DNA from: Candidatus Latescibacterota bacterium | GTDB lineage: Bacteria > Latescibacterota > UBA2968 > UBA8231 | Assembly (NCBI GenBank): GCA_965197905.1 | Contig: CBDAOB010000004.1 | Coordinates: forward strand, 256,001-320,000 | Length of the DNA stretch: 64,000 nt | Direction: 5' to 3' | Part shown: piece by piece, positions 34,922-44,981 of the stretch | Position numbering within the stretch: the first letter of the stretch is position 1 | Layout: each line of letters starts with the position of its first letter | Notes under the pieces: generated by a model | Seen by the model: only the letters and a program-made list of their open reading frames with translations | Database searches by the model: none | What the model was told of the DNA's origin: nothing | Translations under genes and position numbers: made by a program

Positions 34922-37414
34922 GTGATTTCACTTGATTCATGGGCGACTCGATGCCGCGGGTCGTGGCTGCTCGAAGGTCGAAACTGGAGCGTTGTATTGC
35001 TGCTTTCTGTGCTCTCTGCTTTCCTCTTTGCTTTCCAGTTTGTCACAGTAGCCAAGTTTTCGGTACTGCCTGCCGGCGCCAGTCACATCACCTTTGGCAA
35101 CTTCATACACGCCGTTCAAGAGAGCGTGCAATTCGACGGATTCGATGCGCTGCTCGTTGCATGTATGGCGACTATCGGTGCGCTGCTGCTTTATTTGGAA
35201 GCCCGCTACGAACTCGTTACCTCGTTCCTTCGGACAGTATTCGTCAGCGACAGTCGAACGGTAGTGTTATTGATCGCTGCCTCATTTGTTCTCGTGCGTT
35301 ATTACCTGGCGGTGGGCAACTTCAATTGGGCGGGAGATGTCAAACAACATATTGCCACCGCCTATATGGCCTCCAGGGCCATTGCCAGCGGTGAATTCCC
35401 AATTTGGACCTTCTACATTGGCAACGGCTCTGCGTATCTACAACACTACGGATTCCTTTACCCTTGTCTTGTCGGATTCACCAATCTCTTGGTTGGGGAC
35501 TTCTTCATTTCGATGAAGATAGTCCTCGTCATGGGGCATCTTCTTTCCGGTGTAGGGATGTACTACTTCGTCGCCCGTCTCTGTTCTTCTCGGCGGGCTG
35601 GTTTCATCGCCGGAATCGGCTACGTCATCTGCTTTTGGCACGTTCAACAGGTCTTGATAATGGGACGCACGCCCTTAGGGCTCTTTTACGGACTGCTTCC
35701 CTGGGCATTCTATGCCTTCGAACAATCCATGCGTGCCGACCGCCGGGTCCGGGGAGCACTTTGTGGTGGCATAAGCGTCGCACTCCTATGCTTTACCCAC
35801 CCCGCGTATGGATTCTACGCTTGCGTTCTTCTTCTCCTCTACGCAATCATCCGGCTGTGGACACTGCGCACAGAGCCGGCGTTCAAAGGAATGATTGGCG
35901 CCAGTTTCCTGTACATGCTCTGCGCCCTCTCGTTCAGTGCCTACATCAACGTAGGAATGCTGGTCGAAAGTAGCTTGACCAACATGAGCGGGTTCGAATT
36001 CGGGTTGCAGGATCCAGACGACCCGAACAGAGTGCTACCTGGCCCCACCTGGCGCCACGTCTTGGGCTGGTCCAACTTTAGATTTTGGCTGCTGCCGCTC
36101 GAAGAACGCCATTGGTACGGTGGGTATCTCGGTCTATCCCTGATCGCTTTGGGCTTCGGGGGAGGAGCCGGACTCTGTTTCCATCGGGATCGCGCCCCAT
36201 TGAGGCGATATCTACCTGGTTTCTGCATGCTGCTTTTGGTTACAGCTGTAATCGTCGCTTACGATTTGCCGCCCCTGAACTCTATACGCTTGATCCACGT
36301 TTTTAACCCTTCTCGATATCTTCTGTTTGTTACCTTTTTCATCTCACTGGCTGCAGGAGTCGGTACCCACCTCGCCCTACTCAGTAGACCGCGATGGATT
36401 AGCAGGAGCCGGTGTTTTACAGTTCTACTTTTCGTACTTCTGTTGGACTTGGGACCCACAACCTTCCAACAACCGTTTGTGACCGACAGAGAGCTGTTTT
36501 TTCCTCAGCTGAGTCCGGTAGATGAGCAGACCGACGACGCATCAAACGTTCCAAATTTCAGGGCACAATGGGCAACGGATGGCGGGCATTCGGCCTTCAC
36601 GATCGCCCGCATGATAGTGGACAAGGGCGCAACGGTGTCGGAAGTGTATCACCCCGGCGAGTTGCCTGCCTCCGAAGTGTTTACCGATCCGATCATGCAC
36701 GCGGTCCGTTCGGTCTTGAGGGAGTCCCAGACTGCCGAGGGATTTGCAGGTCATCCGGTTCGGGACTTGCTTTTGCGTGGGTTTCGTCTTCTCAACACTC
36801 GCTTTGTCCTGGCGACAACCCGTACAGTTACCTGGGGTTTCGTGGTGGAGATCGATCACAGCAGCCCGGTTGTTGCATCGCCTCGAATTGTGCCGTTTGC
36901 GGCTGAGCCGGTCACCGCGAGCGACATACAAAGCGAGCTGGGCGAAGTACTGGAGCTTGGAAAGCTATATCCTATCAAGCAGCATCAAGTCAAGAATGGT
37001 CTCCGCATGGTCCATGCCATGGGGTTGGCACCAAGAAGGAACTACTGCGAACGCCTTCTGATCAGCCCTGACGGAGAAGCTCAAGATCTGGGGACGACAC
37101 CAGATGTTGAAGTACTCGAACACACGGTTGGGCATCACGACGTCCGGTTGAACGTTCGCATGATAGAGGCTGGTTTCGTACGCCTGGCGTACGCCTACTA
37201 TCCGTTCCTGGACGTTTCGGTCGACGGATCAGCTGTTGTGCCTATAGAAACTGCCGATCGATTCATCGCGCTCAAACTGGACGCGGGCGCACATGCCATA
37301 TCGATAGAGGCACGATTGTCTCCGCTGCGCAGGGCGCTTCTCTGGATAGCCTTTGGCGTGCTGTTGGTGGTGGGCACTTTAGCGATGCGAGAGCCGTTCA
37401 GTCGGGTACGATAG
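34922..37414 (+). CDS. Multi-pass membrane protein, GT-C glycosyltransferase-like (YfhO/PTPS-related)
   Basis: Many TM segments; D..QH, FPIW..Y.GNG...L..Y, LSGVGMYY, PSRYL; C-terminal YAYYP...VDG domain; start uncertain. Confidence 0.65.
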   Translation: MISLDSWATRCRGSWLLEGRNWSVVLLLSVLSAFLFAFQFVTVAKFSVLPAGASHITFGNFIHAVQESVQFDGFDALLVACMATIGALLLYLEARYELVTSFLRTVFVSDSRTVVLLIAASFVLVRYYLAVGNFNWAGDVKQHIATAYMASRAIASGEFPIWTFYIGNGSAYLQHYGFLYPCLVGFTNLLVGDFFISMKIVLVMGHLLSGVGMYYFVARLCSSRRAGFIAGIGYVICFWHVQQVLIMGRTPLGLFYGLLPWAFYAFEQSMRADRRVRGALCGGISVALLCFTHPAYGFYACVLLLLYAIIRLWTLRTEPAFKGMIGASFLYMLCALSFSAYINVGMLVESSLTNMSGFEFGLQDPDDPNRVLPGPTWRHVLGWSNFRFWLLPLEERHWYGGYLGLSLIALGFGGGAGLCFHRDRAPLRRYLPGFCMLLLVTAVIVAYDLPPLNSIRLIHVFNPSRYLLFVTFFISLAAGVGTHLALLSRPRWISRSRCFTVLLFVLLLDLGPTTFQQPFVTDRELFFPQLSPVDEQTDDASNVPNFRAQWATDGGHSAFTIARMIVDKGATVSEVYHPGELPASEVFTDPIMHAVRSVLRESQTAEGFAGHPVRDLLLRGFRLLNTRFVLATTRTVTWGFVVEIDHSSPVVASPRIVPFAAEPVTASDIQSELGEVLELGKLYPIKQHQVKNGLRMVHAMGLAPRRNYCERLLISPDGEAQDLGTTPDVEVLEHTVGHHDVRLNVRMIEAGFVRLAYAYYPFLDVSVDGSAVVPIETADRFIALKLDAGAHAISIEARLSPLRRALLWIAFGVLLVVGTLAMREPFSRVR

Positions 37415-37578
37415 AAGGTCCGGCGCGGAAGGAGTCCTGAGGGTCGACGAGGCGACGCCCGGGCGGTTCGGGTGGCCAGCAGGGGCTCTTCTTCCCGGAG
37501 GGATCGGTCGCGCCTTCTGCGCCGCAGCGGCCGTTGAGGTAGTCCCGGCGCCGTTACCGTTGCGCAGCTGCGACGATC

Positions 37579-38250
37579 TCACTCGGCTCGGAAATAGGTC
37601 CGAATCATGCGAAAGGAGAAGTGAGAAACGTTCCCGCTCCCGCCGCGAATAATGACCGTCGCGGTCGGCTCGATCTCGAAGCGGGCAGAAGTTTCGTAGG
37701 TCACCGGCTCGAAGTCATCCACATAGGTCATCTGGTCGCCGCCGAAGGTCGCAATATTGCGACTCTGATGCTGGCAGTGCAATCCCTTGATGATCTGCTG
37801 TCTCAGATTCTGCATATTCCACCCCTCCTGCCCGTGCCGCCGGGGCTCTTTGTCGGTCAATCCGGGTTGGGGGTATTCGCAGATGAGATAGGCATCGGTC
37901 TTGCAGGCTGATCCCAACACCGATACCGCAACGATGGGCATTTCCTCGGTGATGGCGATGTATCCCTTGCTGCGCTCTATCTCGAGCCCGTGTCTGTGCG
38001 GCGCACCTTTATTTTTCAGCTTCCGCCACGCGGCGTCCCGCGTGCCGTCGTTCCAACAAGCATCGATTTCGATGTTGCCGTAGTCGTCGAAGGGCGACCA
38101 GTACTCCTTCATCGCCACACCGGTCATTGTGGCCACCTGACGTCTCGTGGTTCCCACCTCGTCTGGATCCCTGTCCTCACCCCAGTCGTCCGAGAAACCC
38201 ATGAATGGGCTGAGCTTATTGGCTTCCTTCCACAACGTTTCTTCCGACAT
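37579..38250 (-). CDS. Hypothetical protein
   Basis: AAGGAG SD before ATG 38250; last gene of a co-oriented cluster; no recognised motif. Confidence 0.7.
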   Translation of the reverse strand: MSEETLWKEANKLSPFMGFSDDWGEDRDPDEVGTTRRQVATMTGVAMKEYWSPFDDYGNIEIDACWNDGTRDAAWRKLKNKGAPHRHGLEIERSKGYIAITEEMPIVAVSVLGSACKTDAYLICEYPQPGLTDKEPRRHGQEGWNMQNLRQQIIKGLHCQHQSRNIATFGGDQMTYVDDFEPVTYETSARFEIEPTATVIIRGGSGNVSHFSFRMIRTYFRAE

Positions 38251-38264
38251 GAGCCTAACTCCTT

Positions 38265-39050
38265 TCAGGTGAGTGCCCGTACTTCGTCCGACCAATCCTC
38301 CCACATATCCTCGGCGGGTGGGGAATCCATGTTTTCCTCTATATCGTCCCGGCAGAAATCGTAAAACACTGCCTGGCGGATCTGTCGCGTGCGGTTGTAG
38401 GCGCCGGCGTGGGCTAAGCGGTGATGCCAGAAGATGATATCGCCGGCTTCGCCGTGGAAATCGACATAGGCTTGCTGGTTGAAATAGTCGTAATCCTTTC
38501 TGGCGCGCTCGGTCTCCTCCGCGCCGTAGCGCGAGTTGAAGTCGTAATAGAATCGAAGGTGGCTGCCCGGCCAGACCTTCAGTCCGCCCCCATCCGGTGG
38601 AACTTTGTCTATGTAGCCGACCACGCCCACGTGGAACGGGTGACCGTCGCAGTGACAGGTGGGGGCGACCGCCGATTTGTCGCCTTCGGGAAAATTGCAG
38701 TAGATCCCGCGAACGCGCTCCGGTCGTTTCACCCTTCTGGTCCCCAAAAACTGCTCCGCCATCGCCCAGATCTTAGGGTCAGTGGCCAGCAGGCGAATCA
38801 TCCAGTCCTCATCACCCCGGTCCCGGTACTTCCATGTGTAACCTCCCATAGAGCTGGGGGGCTCGTCTCTATCCGGCAGTGGACCGATCCAGGTGTCAGG
38901 GTCGTTCCGATCGAGCTCGGGTGGAGCCGCTTCCCACAAGGAATCGCGAGCTTGAGCCATCAGCTCCGGATTCAGGATTCCCCGCTTGACGAGGTAGCCT
39001 TCCCGCTTGAAGATGCGAATATCCTCTGTCGAAAGTTTGCTCAACCGCAA
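38265..39050 (-). CDS. PhyH family dioxygenase
   Basis: FKREGYLV, CHCD, VWPGSH, LAHAG..N. Confidence 0.82.
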   Translation of the reverse strand: MRLSKLSTEDIRIFKREGYLVKRGILNPELMAQARDSLWEAAPPELDRNDPDTWIGPLPDRDEPPSSMGGYTWKYRDRGDEDWMIRLLATDPKIWAMAEQFLGTRRVKRPERVRGIYCNFPEGDKSAVAPTCHCDGHPFHVGVVGYIDKVPPDGGGLKVWPGSHLRFYYDFNSRYGAEETERARKDYDYFNQQAYVDFHGEAGDIIFWHHRLAHAGAYNRTRQIRQAVFYDFCRDDIEENMDSPPAEDMWEDWSDEVRALT

Positions 39051-39114
39051 TCCTCAGTGCGCGCGCCTCTGTTTTGCGGGCACGCGTTGTTGTCGCGACT
39101 GCCGCCCGCTGCGA

Positions 39115-40134
39115 TCAACATTCGATGGAGACGGGTGCTTTCCTGGCTGCGCTTTCAATGGCGCCGAAGACCATCGCCAGGCTCTTGATGTTATCGCTGC
39201 CGACGGTTTCCGGTGTTTCGCCGTCGCGGATGCAGCGCACGAAGTCGCGGATGAGGCCCTCATGGCCGCCCTGCTTATCCGTCGCCTTCGCTTCCCCGAT
39301 TACCATCTCGCGATACTCGTTACGAACATCTCCAGATTGACCATCGAATCCGTCAGCGCCGTCCCATGAGATGCTACCATGGTCGCCGATCACACGCCAA
39401 TCGCATTCCCAGGTCGTTTCCAACCCTTCCGAGCACCAGCTGCCGCGGTAGGTGTAGACGATCCCGTTTTCCATTTCGAAGATGGCCACGGCCGAGGCAT
39501 CGCGCTCGAACCAAGAACCTGGCGGATTCCACTCTTTGCAATAAACCGACACCGGATCGGCACCGAGGATCAGGCGGGCTGCATCAAAGGTGTGGATCGC
39601 CATATCGAGCAGGAGGACATGAGGCATGATATCTCGGAAGCCGCCGAAGTGGACTCCCTTGTAGAAGTCACTGTTGAGAGTCGTGATCGAACCGATTTCG
39701 CCAGATTCGATGGTGCGCCTGAGCCGACGGATGTTGGCGTCGAAGCGGCGATTTTGCATCACCGCATATTCCTTGCCCGCTTCTTCTGCCGCCGCCACCA
39801 CCCGACGGGCACTCTCCATGGAAATGGCCAGCGGTTTCTCGCCCAAAACGTGACAGCCATTGGAAAGCCCCGCCAGGGTGACCTCGGCGTGGGTCTCCGG
39901 AATGGTGCAGTCGAACAGTACGTCAGGTCTGGTGTTCTCCAGGGTCTTGGAGAGATCGGTGCTTATCTCCAACCGATCCATCTCGCCGTAATCAGCGGCC
40001 CTGGTCTTGGCGGCATCCAGGTCGATGTCCACGAATCCGACCAGCTCGAAGTCGGGAATCTTACGGGCAAAACGAACCCAGGTAAGACTCATGCCGCCGC
40101 AGCCGACAAAAACGCCGCGAAGCTTCTCGCTCAC
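39115..40134 (-). CDS. Gfo/Idh/MocA oxidoreductase
   Basis: VGCGGM, HVLGEKP, QNRRF, DMAIHTFD. Confidence 0.92.
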   Translation of the reverse strand: MSEKLRGVFVGCGGMSLTWVRFARKIPDFELVGFVDIDLDAAKTRAADYGEMDRLEISTDLSKTLENTRPDVLFDCTIPETHAEVTLAGLSNGCHVLGEKPLAISMESARRVVAAAEEAGKEYAVMQNRRFDANIRRLRRTIESGEIGSITTLNSDFYKGVHFGGFRDIMPHVLLLDMAIHTFDAARLILGADPVSVYCKEWNPPGSWFERDASAVAIFEMENGIVYTYRGSWCSEGLETTWECDWRVIGDHGSISWDGADGFDGQSGDVRNEYREMVIGEAKATDKQGGHEGLIRDFVRCIRDGETPETVGSDNIKSLAMVFGAIESAARKAPVSIEC

Positions 40135-40137
40135 GCT

Positions 40138-40863
40138 CTAGCTTCCAAGCGGGCGAGCCTCCAGCTCAGAGCGGGGAAAGAAATGGGTGATGAGCCCGCG
40201 ACGCGGATCGTCGGTGCGATTGCCCCCCGCGTAATGGTAGGTGCGGCAGTGGTGGAAGGTGGCGTCGCCCGGCTCGAGGGTCACGGTGAAGGCGGAGTTC
40301 AGGTCGACACCGGCAATCTCCAGCGCGCTCCCAACTTCAGAACGGGCGCTCGCATCTTCGTGAACGGCTATCTCTCCCAGGTGGCTTCCGGGCACAAAAC
40401 TGACCGCACCGTTTTCCGGAAATGCGGGACTCAGTGCCAACCAGCACGTTATGGCCCGAGTGTTGGCGATCTCCCGCCGGCGCCAGTAGCCGGCATCCTG
40501 GTGCCACTGGGTCTCGGCGGCGTGGCGAGGCGGTTTCATGATGAGCTGATCGTAGGCGAAGGCGATATCATCCCCTTCCAGCTGACGAGCAACCGAAAGA
40601 ATCTTCTCGGCGTACTCGTGCTCACGCCAGTGGGGTATGTGGCTGGAGGGTCCGCCCAGCTGAACCAGCTTGCTCTTGTCCGGTTTGCGCCCTTTTTCTT
40701 CGGTGTAGCCGTATTCGCCATCCACCGCTTTGTCGTAATCCAGCATCAATTCATCCACCTGATCGGGTGACAAGACCTGGGGTACAATGACGAAGCCGTC
40801 TTCGCGGTATTGATCCAGAAGCTCGGGAGGAAGTGATAGGGTATCGTTTCCGACTTCTACGAT
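40138..40863 (-). CDS. PhyH family dioxygenase (probable non-canonical ATC start; first canonical start is TTG at 40773)
   Basis: In-frame upstream LLDQYREDGFVIVPQVL; KPP, WHQD, ENGAVSFVPGSH, YHYAGGN. Confidence 0.85.
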   Translation of the reverse strand: MVEVGNDTLSLPPELLDQYREDGFVIVPQVLSPDQVDELMLDYDKAVDGEYGYTEEKGRKPDKSKLVQLGGPSSHIPHWREHEYAEKILSVARQLEGDDIAFAYDQLIMKPPRHAAETQWHQDAGYWRRREIANTRAITCWLALSPAFPENGAVSFVPGSHLGEIAVHEDASARSEVGSALEIAGVDLNSAFTVTLEPGDATFHHCRTYHYAGGNRTDDPRRGLITHFFPRSELEARPLGS

Positions 40864-40902
40864 GGTGTGTACTCCTTTCTGTGCGTCAACCGTCGCCCCT
40901 TG

Positions 40903-40930
40903 TTGAGTGAAACCGACGCGGACCTATAAT
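40903..40930 (+). promoter_or_regulatory. Candidate sigma70 promoter for the EamA gene
   Basis: TTGAGT-N16-TATAAT. Confidence 0.4.
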
Positions 40931-41160
40931 TAAGCCGATCCCAATTCCTCAGCAACACGCACATCGTTTGTCGGGCGCGGCTACACGGCGAACGTGTCGC
41001 CCACACCCCATGAGATCGCCGAGCAAATGCCCAACTACAAAGCAAAGGATGCCACCCAGGGCACACATGGTAGAGGGCGTCTATCGATCACATCTTTCCG
41101 GCGGCATCCGCGTCAAGATTCCCCTGGAAGATCGGAGCCACCCCCTGGAATGAGCGGGAT

Positions 41161-42093
41161 GTGACCGAAAACGCGCTTAAGGGAAGGGAGAGCGGGCGCA
41201 AAGGGCTGGGTTGGGTGCTGGTTACGTTCACCATTCTGAGCTGGGGATCACTTGTCGTCCTGCTCAAGCTGCTCGTCCCTGAGATCGATCCACGTACCCT
41301 CACCTGGTACCGCTTCGCTTTCGGGGCGATCCTCATTCTCGCCTTCAGCGGCGGCAACGGGATTCGCGACCTTACCCGCGGTTTCAACCGGCGAAGGATG
41401 GCGCTAGTCGTAATTGCTGGATCGGGACTTGCAGGGAACTACGTCCTCTTTCTGAGCGGGTTGTACTACCTGACCCCCGGCGTTGCGTTGATCGTCATGC
41501 AGGTCGTGCCCTACATGATGCTGGCCGGGGGGGTATTGATCTTTGGCGAGGCTTTTGCCAGACGACAGTGGATCGGTGTCCTGCTCCTGCTCGCCGGCTC
41601 GATCTTCTTCTTCAATCAACGCTATGAAGAGCTGCAGTCGCTCTCCTCCGGTTACACCAGGGGCGTCGTGCTGGTGCTTGCGAGTGCGGCCGGGTGGACA
41701 GCTTATCTGCTTATCCAGCGACGATTGATCCGCGAGCTCAATGCGAGCACGATCATACTGGGTTGTTACATCGTCGGCATCCTGGCTTTGCTTCCGTTTG
41801 CCTCACATGGCCAGGTCACGGCGCTCAATGGCGGGATGTTGTTGCTGTTTGGCTTCGCAATCCTGCTGACTGCGATCTCCCATGTGGCCTTCAGCGCCTC
41901 GCTGCGTTACATCGATGCGTCAAAGGCGGGCCTTGCCCTGGGAAACGTTCCGATTGTCGCCTTGATCGGCACGGCGATACTCAGTCCCTGGTTGGACCGG
42001 CTCGAGCCGGACGGTCTCAATCCCGCCGCGATCCTGGGAGCGCTTATGATCGTCGGAGGGACTGCCTTCGCCGCACACATCAGGCACCCTTGA
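41161..42093 (+). CDS. EamA/DMT family transporter
   Basis: About 10 TM segments; SWG, WYRF, duplicated halves, IFGE...RQWIG. Confidence 0.9.
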   Translation: MTENALKGRESGRKGLGWVLVTFTILSWGSLVVLLKLLVPEIDPRTLTWYRFAFGAILILAFSGGNGIRDLTRGFNRRRMALVVIAGSGLAGNYVLFLSGLYYLTPGVALIVMQVVPYMMLAGGVLIFGEAFARRQWIGVLLLLAGSIFFFNQRYEELQSLSSGYTRGVVLVLASAAGWTAYLLIQRRLIRELNASTIILGCYIVGILALLPFASHGQVTALNGGMLLLFGFAILLTAISHVAFSASLRYIDASKAGLALGNVPIVALIGTAILSPWLDRLEPDGLNPAAILGALMIVGGTAFAAHIRHP

Positions 42094-42146
42094 CACCCGA
42101 AAAGAATCGCGCTTAATCCAAGTGATTCTTCAACTCAGACCAGGAG

Positions 42147-43153
42147 GTGGATTTGGACTGCACCAACTATATGCGTGACGAAGATGTGGCCATGTTCGAA
42201 CGCGAGTTCGATTCGTTCGTGCCCGACAAGGTCTATGACGCCCACTGCCACCTCCTGTGCCTGGGGATCCCCAACCGCTGGGGGACGACAGTTTCGGAGA
42301 TGTCGGCCATGCCGAATGCATGCGGTTGCTCGATTGTATGATGCCCGGAAGAGATATCGCGGCGAACTTTCTCTCGTTCAGCATTGACCCGGACTGGGCC
42401 ACCAGGGCCAACGATTGGTCCGTAAAAGCGGTGGCGTGCGACACTCGCTGTCGCGCCGAGTTCTTCGTGAAACCGAACGACGATCCGGACTGGGTGCGCC
42501 AGGAAGTGAAACGGCTGGGTTCGAGCGGATTGAAATGTTACCACCTGCAGGCAACGCTCAGCCCGTCGTGGGAAGAAGGTCGCAAAACCTGGGAGGCCGA
42601 TATTCCCGACTATCTTCCCGAGTCGTTCGTGCAGGTGGCGGACGAAGCGGGACTGGTGATCACCCTTCACATGGTCAAGGAGCGATCGGTGGCGGACCCG
42701 AGCAACATTCACTGGATCCGGCACTACTGCGAGAAGTACCCCGACATGAAGCTGATCCTGGCTCATTCGGCGCGAGGTTTCCAACCGCAGCACAATCTCG
42801 AGGGACTTCCGCAACTGAAAGATCTGGACAATCTCTATTTCGATTGTAGCGCCAATTGCGAGCCGGTAGCGCATCAGAGCATTTTTCGGATCTTCGGACA
42901 CGAGAAGATGATGTACGGGTCCGATTTTCCAATAAGCCACAAGCGAGGTAAGTCGCTACAAGCGGCAGATTCGTTCTTGTGGTTGTACGACGACACTCCC
43001 GTTTGGGGCGAAAAGCACACGCAGGTGAAGCCGGTGCTGGTGGGACTGGAACACCTGCGCTCGCTCAAATGGGCTTGTTGGTCGGAACGGCTCACCGACA
43101 GCCAGGTGGAAGATGTGTTCTGGAACAACGCCGCCGCCTTGTTCGACGTTTGA
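42147..43153 (+). CDS. Amidohydrolase family protein (frameshifted about 42255-42290)
   Basis: N-terminal DAHCH in ORF 42147..42341; GLKCYH, ITLH, ILAH, YGSDFP in ORF 42257..43153. Confidence 0.8.
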
Positions 43154-43851
43154 TGAACGCAGCTGAGGCTATCTCCAGCATCGCCGACGAGGGATTCTGC
43201 ATCCTTCCGGATCTGCTGGAACCGGCTGAGGCCGAACGTCTCGATGCGCTGGCTCGACCTTTGATGGATCCCCATGCAGGATACGTCAAGCTGGAAGGGG
43301 CGCTGAATCAGATTCCGGACCTGGCGCCGCTTTGCACGCACCCGCTGCTGCTGGAGATCGCCGAGCACTTTTTGGGCGAAGACTATTTTCTGTCCAACAA
43401 CGTGGCAATGATGTGGTGCCAACCCGGCGGCGGGGGCGGCCATCTTCATTCCGACTGGCCACTCTTTCGGGTCCCGCAGCCGTGGCCCCGTTGGACATTT
43501 GGGATTCAGACCATGTGGATGCTCACCGATTTCACCGCTGAAAACGGATCGACCCGCGTGGTTCCGGGCAGTCATCTGGCCGGTGGGCCGCCGATTTCTG
43601 GGAGGGAGTACTCCCATGAGATGCCGGCGGTTGGGCAAAAGGGGTCTCTGCTGATTTGGCAGGCTGCATTGTGGCATCGCAGCGGAGTGAATACGACTGC
43701 CGACCAACACCGAATGGGTGCCAACATAGGATATAAACCGTGGTTCGTGCATCGACCAGCCGAGGAGTGGCCGCTCCTGCGGCGCGAACTCTATCGGGAG
43801 TTACCTGAGCGGCTGCAACAGTTATTGCGGCGCTCGGTCGAGAGTCCCTGA
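43153..43851 (+). CDS. PhyH family dioxygenase
   Basis: EGFCILPD, LHSD, DFTAENGSTRVVPGSH, WHRSG.N; TGATG overlap with the upstream stop. Confidence 0.88.
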   Translation: MNAAEAISSIADEGFCILPDLLEPAEAERLDALARPLMDPHAGYVKLEGALNQIPDLAPLCTHPLLLEIAEHFLGEDYFLSNNVAMMWCQPGGGGGHLHSDWPLFRVPQPWPRWTFGIQTMWMLTDFTAENGSTRVVPGSHLAGGPPISGREYSHEMPAVGQKGSLLIWQAALWHRSGVNTTADQHRMGANIGYKPWFVHRPAEEWPLLRRELYRELPERLQQLLRRSVESP

Positions 43852-43877
43852 TGGCCGAGTGAGGAGCGCAACCGGCT

Positions 43878-44891
43878 TTAAGCGGACGGCATCGAGACGG
43901 CGTCGTCGCGCCGTTGGTGCATGTTTTTCTCCATCGATTCGGGATACCGGTCGGGCAGGTGGGAGACGCGATTCAGCCGCTCCAACTGTTCTCCCTCAAG
44001 CCGAAACGAATCCGCCTTCAAGTTGTCCGCAAACTGATCCAGGGTGCGTGCGCCGATGATGATCGAGGTAATCCCCGGCTGCTCGAGGCACCAGCGCAGC
44101 GCGATCTGGGCAGCCGAACGATCTGTTTCCTGCGCCACCTCGATGACGCTCTGCAGGGTCTCGTCGGCGTTGGCGGCGAAATAGTTCTGCGGGAATGCCC
44201 AATCATCGGCAGACCGGGTTCCCGACAGGAGGCGCTGGCCGGGTTGATATTTCCCCGAGAGAAATCCTCCTCCCAGCGGGCTCCACACCACCACGCCCAA
44301 TCCCTCAGTCTGGCAGATGGGGATCAGCTCCTGCTCGATGTCGCGAACCACCAGGCTGTACTGAGGTTGGTAGCAGTCGAAACGGGTCCAGTTGTGAAGG
44401 TCGCTGATACTTAGCGCCTTCATCAGACGCCAGCCCTGGAAGTTGCTGCAGCCGGTGTATCGCACCTTCCCTTGATGCACCAGATCGTCGAAGGCCCGCA
44501 ACATCTCCTCCATCGGTGTCTGCCGGTCGACATGGTGGATGTAAAACAGGTCGACGTAATCGGTACGCAAGCGTTTGAGGCTGGCTTCCAGCGCCTGCAT
44601 GACATGCAATCGGGACATGCCAGAGTCGTTGACACCGCTGCCCGTCGGATTGAAAAATTTGGTGGCAATGATGAGGTTTTCGCGATCTTGAGGAATCGCT
44701 TTGCCCAGCATAACCTCAGATTGCCCGCCGCCGTAAGAGTTGGACGTGTCGAAGAAATTGATGCCGGCGTCCAATGCTTCCCGCACCATGCTGTCGGCAG
44801 TGACCTGATCGGTACCGCTGCCAAAGGTCATTGTTCCAAAGCAGAGTTCCGAGACCTTGAGGCCCGTTTTGCCCATTCTTCGGTAACGCAT
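43878..44891 (-). CDS. Aldo/keto reductase
   Basis: GKTGLKVSELCFGTM, FFDTSNSY, SLKRLRTDYVDL, GCSN, WSPLGGG; the 5' extension in the ORF track overlaps panE and is spurious. Confidence 0.93.
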   Translation of the reverse strand: MRYRRMGKTGLKVSELCFGTMTFGSGTDQVTADSMVREALDAGINFFDTSNSYGGGQSEVMLGKAIPQDRENLIIATKFFNPTGSGVNDSGMSRLHVMQALEASLKRLRTDYVDLFYIHHVDRQTPMEEMLRAFDDLVHQGKVRYTGCSNFQGWRLMKALSISDLHNWTRFDCYQPQYSLVVRDIEQELIPICQTEGLGVVVWSPLGGGFLSGKYQPGQRLLSGTRSADDWAFPQNYFAANADETLQSVIEVAQETDRSAAQIALRWCLEQPGITSIIIGARTLDQFADNLKADSFRLEGEQLERLNRVSHLPDRYPESMEKNMHQRRDDAVSMPSA

Positions 44892-44981
44892 CCGCATTGC
44901 TCCCGTCTCGCAATTCTTGATACCAGATATGTTGGGGGATAAGTTAAGTCGCTCAACAGGCGAAGAAAGGCGGTAGGTCAT

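Noticed and set aside
37379..37582. 67-aa ORF overlapping the stop of the orphan gene
   Set aside because: Low-complexity Pro/Ala/Arg sequence, no clear SD, overlaps the convergent gene; unsupported.
39379..40770. 463-aa plus-strand ORF and similar long antisense ORFs (5668..6591, 10745..11611, 48758..49783, 50895..51842)
   Set aside because: Shadow frames opposite well-supported genes in high-GC DNA, with no motifs.
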